Assembly (NCBI GenBank): GCA_951406725.2 | Contig: OX597814.1 | Location: 163,990,001-164,054,000, forward strand | Length of the DNA: 64,000 nt | Direction: 5' to 3' | Source: Octopus vulgaris | Taxonomy: Eukaryota | In this document: positions 53,530-64,000 of the stretch, piece by piece | How positions within the stretch are numbered: position 1 is the first letter of the stretch | Layout: the number at the start of each line of letters is the position of its first letter | Notes under the pieces: generated by a model | The model's database searches: none | The model's input: the letters and a program-made list of their open reading frames with translations, nothing else | What the model was told of the DNA's origin: nothing | Program-made: the position numbers and the translations under genes

Positions 53530-53825
53530 TTATTCTTTCTTATCCTTTGACTTATTTCAGTCATTTGATTGTGGCCATACTAGAGCACAACCTAAAAGGG
53601 TTTTAGTCGAAGAAATCGATCCTAGGACTTATTCTTTGTAAGGGTGACAAACACCAACATACACATATAAATACACACACACACACGACGGGCTTCTTTT
53701 AGCTTCTGTCTACTAAATCCACTCACAAGGTTTTGGTCATTCTGAGACACTAGCCCAAGGTGCTTCACAGTGGAGCTGAACCCGGAACCATGTGGTGGGA
53801 AAGCAAACTCCTTATCACACTACCT
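53530..53825 (-). mobile_element. SINE family A, internally deleted
   Basis: Homology to 7176-7590. Confidence 0.75.
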
Positions 53826-56200
53826 ATAATGGAACAAATGCATTAATCTTTTTGATATCAACCTATTTGACTCTGCCTTTAGTTTCCAGTTTTAAAGTGA
53901 TCCAAATTAAATATATTCTATCAAAATTTTATGCTTATTTGTTTTCAAACACCAGTCTAATAAATTCTTCATTATTTTCAAAATTTTCTGAAAGAAAGGC
54001 AGTGTATTTTAAGAGAAATATGGTAGCAAAAGAGTTGAAACACTTTCAAGGATATAATACAACTCTCCATAAGAACACTCTCTATAAAATACAAATAAAA
54101 GTACCTGCCCATGAACGAAATACTAATATCCCCCACAGTATATGTAAACAACTCATTCCTATAGCCAATAATAACAAAGATAAGAAACAATGAACATGCA
54201 ACCACCTGTCAGTCTAGAGTTTAGATATCTTGATAATACAATCGGGACATCTTGAAATATCAGCACAATGAATCTGGAGACACATCAGTGTAATGTAAAA
54301 TCTTTACAACTAGTGATCAAAACTAGACTAAATTTGGTTCATAAAGTACTTATTATTCTTCCAATTATGCCCACCAAACAGAACAGTACCACCTCTCTAG
54401 ACAGATTTGTGTTTCTATAGCCCCAAGTGTTTGATGGAGGTCTGAAATATTTACAGGGATGTAAATAGTGACAGAAATAAATTCTCAATGGGACAAAGAG
54501 AGAGACAGATTTATATAAGTAACCGGCTATGTTCTATTTTCTCTTTTGAAAAAAAATTGGGAAAGAGAACATATGTGTTTATCTATAGTTGCATAAGTCA
54601 TATGTATACGTATATCTATTTATATTTATGTACGTCTTTCAGCAAGTATTTTAGATGCGTAAATGTATACATAACTATGAGTACATATATATATATTATA
54701 TTTCATACACACGTGTGTGTGTGTGTTTGTGTCTGTATATTTATATATATATCAATTTGTTTAATTGAAAATATACATAAGGGTTTATGTTTGTTTTTAA
54801 GTGTGTGTATCACTCTCTGCCTGCATGTCTAGTGAGTTGAGGTAACTATAATGTTATGTATGATTAAACAAACAGGCCGAAGTCAATATGCATTTATATA
54901 AGTGGAAGTATTTAAACTGTGTACGTGTGTATTTGTCTGCCTGTCTCTGTACATGTGGTTTCTGGCTTGTTTTCAGAATTCCATCAGCTTCCTCCGCCCA
55001 AGGAAAATATCTAAACTACTATTGGTAAGGAATGTCAGATGCAAGGGGGTTTTCCTGACTACAGCTGGGTCAGACCATATGCAAAATACAATACGGCGGG
55101 GTGGGAGAGTGTTTTAATTCTGAGAGTTGATTACATTAATTCCAGAAAATACAAATTCTCCACTTGCAAACACACATACATACATATTTTATACATACAC
55201 ACACACACATTATATTACGTTATATTAAATTATATTATATATTATTATATTATATTATATTATATCATATTATACATTATTATATTATTTTTTTACATAT
55301 ACATATTTCAAATATACTTTATTACTGAATGCATATTTATTTTCCTGTAGATGCAACACATGCAACATGAGACACGCTTTCTACAGAAAATTATTACCAG
55401 CATACTGATATGTTGTGATAAAGGCGGAGACAAATCTAGCCCAGCCTCTCAAATTTACTCAGCATTTCAGCTTACTTAGCTAATTTTCCATTCAGTTAGT
55501 TTAACACCATGAGATATGTAAGAAACACTCTAAATACATTGGTTAACAGTTTTGCTGGGGGAACACCCATAGAAAAGAACCCCTTGATAGTAGACTATTT
55601 GTTTTAGTGCTCCTGGAAGAACAATTAATTGAATGTCTATATATAAATGATTGAAACAGGAAGAAGGAGAAAAAAAGCAACAAAAAAGGGAAGTAGGGAG
55701 GAGACAGAAATAGCATGAGAGAGGTATTAGTTAGTGGTTCTATGTTTTATACTGCTAGGCTGTACATTTCTATCTCAATGTTATTTAGAAAGGGGAAACA
55801 AGTATACACATTTTAGATAGAGACGATCATTCAAACAGGAAATATTAAACAACCAAAAAAAGTATTAAAAACAAAACAAAAACAAATTGACAAAATGCAC
55901 ATATTTAGGGGAATGACATGGAGATAGATATCTAGTGTTGACAGTGATGAGCTTTGGAGTAGTAAGGACATAGAAAGTATCAAAGAATTTACACTGGAAC
56001 AGAGATAATTCCAAAGGAAAATATAATATATATTTTCAGTGAATCACTAGAAATAGGGAAAATACTATCACTATAAGCAGGGAATATACCACACTATTCT
56101 GTTTTAGATATATTCTTGATTCAGTCTACAACAACACCAAGTGACTAAGTAACTACTTTCTAAACCACCTTGAAGTCAGTCAATTAATACTCACACCAAC

Positions 56201-56849
56201 ATGTTCATCAACACAATAATTATTGGCCTCCTTATCTTCTTGCAAACTTTCCACAAAGGCTGGGATACAGATGCAGCAGCCCACAATCCCATTATAAAGA
56301 AGAAAAGTAAATCAGCTTCCGTTAGGAGCACTAAGTGTGCATACACAATAGTGGTTAATGAAGTAGATGCTTCTCAGTGTCCAGTGATGACACAACCAGT
56401 GCAGTCGGACCATACAGTAAATGGAAAAACTCAGAAAAAATCAACAGTGTCCTCGAGTGAGGTGCATGGTTTAACTTCAAAGATCCATAGTGTAGAAACT
56501 ACCCTGTTAGGTGAAATTGTTAAAAACCGCGAACTAAACACAACACTGACTCAGCACAGTATCATGCTAGAAAAGGCAGAGGACCGGTTCCTGAAGTACC
56601 AAAACAACTTCACGTCGCTTTTCCGAGCCATCATGTTTATGGAACAGAAAATCCGAAAACAGAAGGAAATTAGTCGCAACTTGGACAACAAGCTGTCTAA
56701 CATAATGCTTGATGTTGTGGAAGTGAACAATGTACTTTCACGGAAAACTCCAGGCCCAGGAACAAGTCTCAAAGACAAACAAATCAAAGTAGAAAGTGCA
56801 GCACATGTTAGACAATGTGGAATTACTGACGACACAGAAATTTTCCAAG
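56201..56849 (+). CDS. First coding exon of a secreted angiopoietin-like / fibrinogen-related coiled-coil protein
   Basis: ATG followed by a hydrophobic signal-like segment; KCAYTIVV...CP motif like angiopoietin-family N-termini; long heptad region; strong donor CAAG|GTAAG at 56849/56850 (phase 1). The fibrinogen domain itself was not seen. Confidence 0.78.
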
Positions 56850-56984
56850 GTAAGCTATGTTTCTATGCTGGGTGCAACGATGCATTTACATGTGGCTGTG
56901 ATGACAAGTATACATATATGTTTGCAGCTAACACTACATATAAACACACAATTACATGTAATAGGGATGACTAGTGCATACATG

Positions 56985-56991
56985 AGTACAT

Positions 56992-57068
<77 letters not shown>

Positions 57069-57271
57069 TACATACATATATATATACATGCAAATATATG
57101 AATAGATGCACATACATCTACACACACACACACACACATACATACATACATATATATACACGCAAATATATGAATATATGCACATACATCTACACACACA
57201 CACATATATACATATATACATACATACATATATATATATACACATGCAAATATATGAATATATGCACATAC

Positions 57272-57304
<33 letters not shown>

Positions 57305-57305
57305 A
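56985..57305. repeat. Compound (CA)n/(TA)n microsatellite with a higher-order unit repeated three times
   Basis: GCAAATATATGAATA(G/T)ATGCACATACATCTACACAC recurs three times. Confidence 0.85.
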
Positions 57306-58189
57306 GAAACAAACTAAAAAATGACTCCTTGACACCAGAATGTTGGATAAAATAGTATGTACACGTATATATTTCTCAATACATTGTTTTAGAATAATTA
57401 GAGTGCTCGCTATTCTGAAGCAGAGCTGAAATTCTGTCATATGATATGCATGCTAATTACAGTAGGAAGATTAAATACTGATATTGTGATAAAGTGATAC
57501 TTTTAGTTGAATATTTAATTTCATTTTACATATGTACATCCTTAGATTACATTATACACTCGCATCATCATCTTTTAACACCCAAGCTCCATGCCAGCAT
57601 GGGTTGGATGGTTTGAGAGGATCCCATGGAGCAAGGACTGCATCATTACCATGTTCCAATATGTGTGTGTGTATACATAATACATATATATACACACACA
57701 CACACGCGTGCACACAACAACACTAATAATATATTAAGATCATCATCAATATTCTATGTCTGCTTTCCATGTTGTAATGGGTTGAACCTTAATGACAGTC
57801 CAAAGTAAGTTCTTATTGAGACTTACTGCCCTCCTACAAATATTGGAGGACCATGACTCACTCTTATATTTCAATTTCTGGCTTGTTTCTGTGGTTGGAT
57901 GTCCTTCTCACACATACACACATTGCCACAAGGACCAATACTTACATAATATTTAGTTACATCTGGCAATAATAGATAATGAGCACATGTATTCATTCAT
58001 TCCGCATGACTGAGAATCAAAGTGTGTGTACGTATGTGTGTGTCTTGTGCACATGCACAAGATGGCACATGTGTATACATATGCACACACTTATGTTTAT
58101 ATAAAGAAGGTACCTACTTCGATTTCCAATTTCTTAAGATTTTCTTCATTATGAACACTAAAATTTTGTGCAAGTGCACACACACACAT

Positions 58190-58500
58190 GTGGAGGTACA
58201 ATGGCCCAGTGGTTAGGGCAGCGGACTCGTAGTCAGAGGATGGCGGTTTAGATTCCCAGACCGGGCGTTGTGTGTGTTTATTGAGCGAAAATACCTAAAG
58301 CTCCACGAGGCTCCAGCAGGGGGTGGTGGCGACCCCTGTTGTACTCTTTCGTCCCAACTTTCTCTCTCTCTTTCTTCCTGTTTCTTGAGTAACGCTGCAA
58401 TGGACTGGCGTCCCATCCAGCTGGGGGAGAACACAAATGTCATAGAAACCGGGAAATAGGGCCCATGAGCCTGGCTAGGCTTTAAAAGGGCGAAAAAAAA
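58190..58500 (+). mobile_element. tRNA-derived SINE, family C
   Basis: A box TGGCCCAGTGG, B-box-like GGTTTAGATTCC. Confidence 0.8.
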
Positions 58501-58502
58501 TG

Positions 58503-58546
<44 letters not shown>

Positions 58547-59223
58547 CACACACCTGAGCATGCATCTGCAAGAAGAACAAAAAAGAATCAAACAAATGTA
58601 GAGTAGTAACGAAATATTCCAGTTCCTTCTTTTTAAATTTTGTGATATATTCAAATGAGGGAGTATTTTTGTTTCTTTTTTTAATTTTCAAACAATATTA
58701 TAAATTGATAGTGAATATGTGTATGTGTCCGTATACCAGCTGCATAACATCAAGAGAACCAGAAGAAAGAAGAGGAGGTGAAAAAGATAACAAAAAAAAA
58801 GTTAGCATGAAAAGAAAAGAAGACAATTGTTACTTAGGAGTGAGGTTGTTGCTAAGTTGTTATCTAACAACAATGTCAGCACTGGTTGAGTAGATTAACT
58901 TTTTTGTTAAAGAAATTAGATATATCCACACAAAATTTCATTACTTTTAAATTGGAAAACAATTTTATATATAAATCTATTTTTTGTTGACGAATGTCAT
59001 GTTTGAAACAATTTTTTGTTGAGATACATCAAATTTACAGAGGCAATATGACTTGGAGAAAATATAAATTCTATTTTTTGGTAGAACAAAATTACTAGAA
59101 TTACCCTCAAAAATTTTATTTCACAGTTAATGGGTTAATAATGATTAAAAACATCTCCAGTACTGGCCATCCAAATTCTTTTTCAGACATGATGTATCAC
59201 CAGTGGATTCTTAATATATATAT

Positions 59224-59600
59224 AGGTGCAGGCGTGGCTGTGTGGTAAGAAGCTTGCTTTCCAACCACATGGTTCTAGGTTCAGTCCCACTACATGGCAC
59301 CTTGGGCAAGTGTCTTCAACTATAGCCTCGGGCCAACCAAAACCTTGTGAGTGGATCTGGTAGACAGAAACTGAAAGAAGCCTGTTGTGTGCATGTGTGT
59401 GTGTTTCTTGGTCCCCCTACTATCGCTTGATAACGAATGTTGGTGTGTGTACGTCCCCTGTAACCTAGCAGTTCAGCGAAAGAGACTGATAGAATAAGTA
59501 CCAGGCTTACAAAGAATATGTCCTGGAGTAGAATTGTCCAACTAAAGGTGGTGCTCCAGCATGGCCACAGTCAAATGAATGAAACAAGTAAAAAAAAGAA
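59224..59600 (+). mobile_element. SINE family A, full length
   Basis: Colinear with 22708-23110. Confidence 0.85.
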
Positions 59601-61204
59601 TAACAGAAAATATATATAAAGGCGGGGGTGATGTGATGAAACATTAGCTGTTGTTTCTAGCAGGTTGAATAACAACAAAGAACAAAATGAAGGTGGGAGA
59701 AATTTTGGCCACATTCACACTTGAAGGTGCCCACAAAATAGTTAAGTTTTGTCATCAAAACAATAATGTAATACAAATTCCATTCATATAAATTTATATG
59801 TAGAATTTAAGATGAATTTTAATTTTTTTTTCATAGTACACATGTACCTCTATAGTTCTTATGTACTTTGCCCCATGTACTAAAATGGTTCCTACTCTTA
59901 TTTAAGAGACTTCCTTAGATATTGAACTACAGCAGTTTATTACTGAAACACTGATTTTCATGTAAAAAGGAGTTGGGAGCTCAAAGGACTGATATAACAA
60001 CTACTTTTCTTGGAGTCATATTTCTCAAAAAAAAAAAAGGGACATTCTTTGAAAGGGAAAAAGAAAATAATGAAAAATATAAGAATAAATATTTTAGCAA
60101 AGTTATGTGATGTAGGTTAAAACTAATGTAAAAGTACTGAGACATCAACATGAAGCCTAACTGTCATGAATTGTCATGAAACAGCAAATTATGTTTGTGT
60201 GGGTGAGCAGAAAGAGAAGTAGAAAGGAGGGGAAGGGAGACAATAAATGACAGGCAAGAGAGTTTTAAAAACCATTTAAGATATAGGAATTATCAAAACT
60301 GAAAGAAAAAATAAAGAGCAGAGGAAAGGGAATTAAGTATAGATTGTGATGTCCAGATAATTCATCAATGGACACCACCACAGAGAGCACATGGGAAGCG
60401 ATGATGATGATGATGGTGGTGGTGGTGGAGGAGGAAAAGAGAAATTCCTTATATTCCATTAACAATTTTGAAAAAAAACATAAAAGCTTTCCTTTATTTT
60501 CTTTTTACCAGCTCATGGTTTTCAAAGACAAATTTTTTTTTGTTGGGGAGGGGGTCACTGGATTCTGTACTGGTTGGGCAAAATTTGTTGAAGAAAAACA
60601 AATTCAAAATAAACAGCATTTTCCTGAAAAATGATTCCAAGAAGAAAAAAAAAAGTAAAAACAACTTTAGAATGTTCAAGATGTTAATGTTGAACTAAAA
60701 AGTGTTCTAACAGTGAGTTTTAATTAAATATTCAAAGTCTGTTAATACACTGTGTGTCTGTGTGTGTGTGTGTGTTTGTGTGTATGAGTGTGTGTGTGTG
60801 TGTGTGTGTGTGTAGCAGAGTGAACAGATGTAAAGAAGAAGATGAATTTCTGGAATACGACAAATATAACAGTTAAGATAAAGAATTATGTGTAGAAAGT
60901 GCTCAGCTTAAATGTCAGTAATGCCTTCTCACTACAAATAATACATTAAAAAAGAGAGAGAGAGAGAAAAAGGAGTGAGGTTAGATACCAATTTTCCTAA
61001 GTCAGCGTAAAAGAGTGTTGTAGTGAAATATAATTCAGTCCCTTTCACAAGGAATACAAATATTACATTCAGGAACCATAATACTAAACTCTTGTCTAAA
61101 TCAACATATGCAGAAATAGCTTAAGTTAAGCATATATTTAACAAATGTTGTTTCCTGGGTTCATGCATAATATGCACACACACACACACACACACACACA
61201 CAGT

Positions 61205-62060
61205 GTGTGGTCGTCTCTGACCTCTTCAACTGTGAATGAATCTCTGGCATTACCTTCGGAAACTACCATCTTACTGACCTGGAATATGTGGTTGATACCA
61301 CTCTATTCAGCAACTCAACTGACCAGCTCAGGGACATACTGACCATTTACAGAGAGGAATCAGCAAAGCTTGTCCTTCAGGTGAATTGGGTGAAGACCAA
61401 GCTGATGCAGGTCAGTGGTGCCTCGGACTGTCCCCCTCTCCATATTGGCCCTGATGTCAAGGAGTTTGTCATCTCCATCTACCTGAGCTCCATTTTCCCC
61501 AACAATGGAGACCTGACCCCAGAAATCAAGCACAGATGTGGTTTGGCTGCAGAAGTCATGTACTCCCTATGGAATCCCCTTTGGTACCACAGCTCTATCT
61601 CCTGAAACACAAAACTCTTCATTTACAATGCATCTCCATTCTTCTCTATGGAATAAAAATGTAGCTCTTTACAAAGAACTTGGAAAATAGAATCAACAGC
61701 TTCAAAAACAGAGCCCTGAGAACTATTGAAAACATTAGATGGTACCATTGTGTTTCCAGAAAAGAACTGCTTGCACACTCTCACGTCATAGCTATCTGCT
61801 GCATGCACTAGTATAGACATATCCCCTGCCTCCCACCAGATCATCTTAACAGGACCTTACTGCAGGCTGGAAGATGCCCTGTGGCAGGCCTCACACCAGA
61901 TTGCTGGACAGAAGCTCAACATCATCTAGGAAAATGCAGAGGGATTGGCATGGGAATGCCAATAACGGGGAGGCACTGATGGACCTGGTCAGCTGTAAGA
62001 ATGATGATGCCACTGAGACCATCAGTCTGGGTTAACCCAACCCCTTCAAGCAAGAGCTTG
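61205..62060 (+). mobile_element. Decayed RTE-type LINE fragment, different family
   Basis: EESAKLVLQVNWVKTKLM...YLSSIF...EIKHRCGLAAEVMYSLWNPLW; stops downstream. Confidence 0.7.
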
Positions 62061-62699
62061 AAACAAGAAGCAAACAAGCACACACACACACACACATCAT
62101 CATCCTCTTCCCTGATACATTCGCTTCTTCTATGTTGGCATATTGGGCAAGACTTACAGTAGTCTTATTCTCTGGCCAGATATCCTTCTTGTTGCCAACT
62201 CGTGCCTACTTTTCAAGAAAAGGTATTTTTATTATCAGTTATTCAACAAATATCATCATAATTTCAACATATAGACTTCCATGCAGTTTCCATCAAGCAC
62301 TCACAAGACATTGATTATCTCAAAGACACTTGCCCAAGGTGCCACACAGTATGATGGAGCAATCATCCTAACTTATCTTCCAGTAGCCAGGGGACTTAGA
62401 CATAAACAAAAATAATTGAACACATTTATGACCTATGTAATTTGCATACTTTAAACAAAAATGAGTAAAGGGGAATATTCCAAATGGCCAGTGGCATGTA
62501 TTTGAATGATAGACAAACACATGTATATCAAATACCATACACCATTAATTCTTAAATTATTTAAATCTCCACCTCTGGAGAATGTGTCAAGTTCCATATG
62601 GTGATAATGTATATTGAAACAGAAACGTGTTCATGATTGTCCTCTTATCCCCAGATAAGCCTATCCTTTTCCTTAATGACACGTCAAAAGAATTTTTGA

Positions 62700-64000
62700 T
62701 TCTTCTCATATGGCATCTTGTGTCATCTTACTCATGTAAAGAAATGCTTTCAGGTCAGTCTTCACCACTTCATCTGAAGTCTCCTTGGTTACCCTCTTCC
62801 ACAGATCTCATTCACTTTGAGTGTGCAGCCTTTCTTTATACATCTATCTTCCTCTAGAAGCATCATATACCCATATCATGCAATCTTCTATGTGGCACCC
62901 TACATCTGATACCTCTTATGTTCACTTTCTCTCTCAGTTTACTTCTCCTCTATCATTCACAAAGACTAATATTACACATCCAGTGCTATATATTCATTTC
63001 ATTTCTTTCTACCCTTCACAGATCCTATGTATTTATCACCTACATCTCATTATTAGGCAGCATAACACTTTGTTCACTCTGATAAAAAAAGTAGAGGTAA
63101 TAGCTCCCTGAACTTTTTACTCCAATTTGTTCTTACTCTGGCTATTATGCATTCAGAGCAGCTACCCCCACTGCTAAGTAGGTCATCCAGGTCACAAAAA
63201 CTGTCAACTACTTCTCAAGAATCTTCCAAGCCTATAAGAGAATAAATTTCCTGTGCCCATGTGCACCTGCCATATATGAAATCTACCTTCTCTGTTAACC
63301 TACTTGCGATCCCATTTCAATTTTCATGTATCTATAGTTTCTCTGAATGCCAAGCATAGCCATTTCTCTGATGGAATCAGTGTCTTGTCATCTGCCCTAT
63401 TTACTTAAACTCAAATCTTTGCTAAATTTAGAGGGCACTTGATTCTAAATTTTGCTTTCTTGCTTCAAATTTCTCTACACAAATCAGGAATTCCTTCACT
63501 AAATCCATTACAGATTCATTGATATATAGGAGTTCCACAGGAATCTTGTCTAAAACTCCTCTGAAGGACGACAATAAACAAAAGTTAACTAAAGACTGAT
63601 CAGTGATAGGCCACTCTAATATTAAATTGGTTGCTAAACTCATGGTTGATTCTCACTTTGCTGACAACATCTCAACCATTTGTTGACTACCCCAGCTTTC
63701 TTAATGACTAATAGATCACTGTGTATGTGACCCTGGTAGACCTCTAATCCAACAAATGACAGGTGTAGGGGCTTCCACTTGGTTAAATACTTCTACAATT
63801 GTTTCATGAGCAGTATATCTTCCTTGCATCTTATCTTTACTAATTCTCTTCCAAATCAATTAAGCCATAACTCTTTCTGTGACTTTCATTACTTGGTCAA
63901 TAGAGTGTCTTTTTGCTCTTATAGCAGTTGATAATGGTGATGCTATGTCAGTCCTTGTGTATGACACCGACCTGTACTAACTGATTTATTATGCAGATGA
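62700..64000 (-). mobile_element. Decayed RTE LINE related to 30383-32438
   Basis: ELLY...EKFEARKQNLES resembles ELLYADD...EKFQVWKEGLES; relics of the WYGH...GRG.PR.T.DEVVK C-terminus. Confidence 0.7.

Noticed and set aside
56850-56974. C-terminal part of the 257-aa ORF
   Set aside because: Lies after a strong GTAAG donor and runs into low-complexity sequence; intron read-through.
58190-58270. tRNA-like sequences
   Set aside because: They are SINE heads continuing into SINE bodies; no complete cloverleaf.

Overview
AT-rich, microsatellite-dense eukaryotic DNA. The repeat families look like those of an octopus/coleoid cephalopod; this is inferred from memory of those families, not from a search. 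Host genes: the last five coding exons of a TMX3-like ER thioredoxin-family gene on the minus strand (39020 to 28645), and the first coding exon of a secreted angiopoietin/fibrinogen-related protein on the plus strand (56201-56849), apparently nested antisense in the upstream TMX3 intron. Mobile DNA: a young full-length CsRn1-clade Ty3/Gypsy element (1414-7175; 584-bp LTRs, tRNA-Trp PBS, CHCC Gag, UUUAAAC -1 frameshift), a solo LTR, a young 5'-truncated RTE LINE with a PHD finger inside its RT region, decayed RLE-, RTE- and CR1/Jockey-type LINEs, a small Helitron, several MITEs and many tRNA-derived SINEs. Most interesting signals: (1) a candidate hammerhead ribozyme at 19041-19106 whose three strands are in a non-circularly permuted order, with an extra helix at core position 7; (2) a perfect 132-bp palindrome at 24913-25044 carrying a minimal type I hammerhead on each strand; (3) several fold-back inverted duplications. 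All alignments and folds were done by eye.
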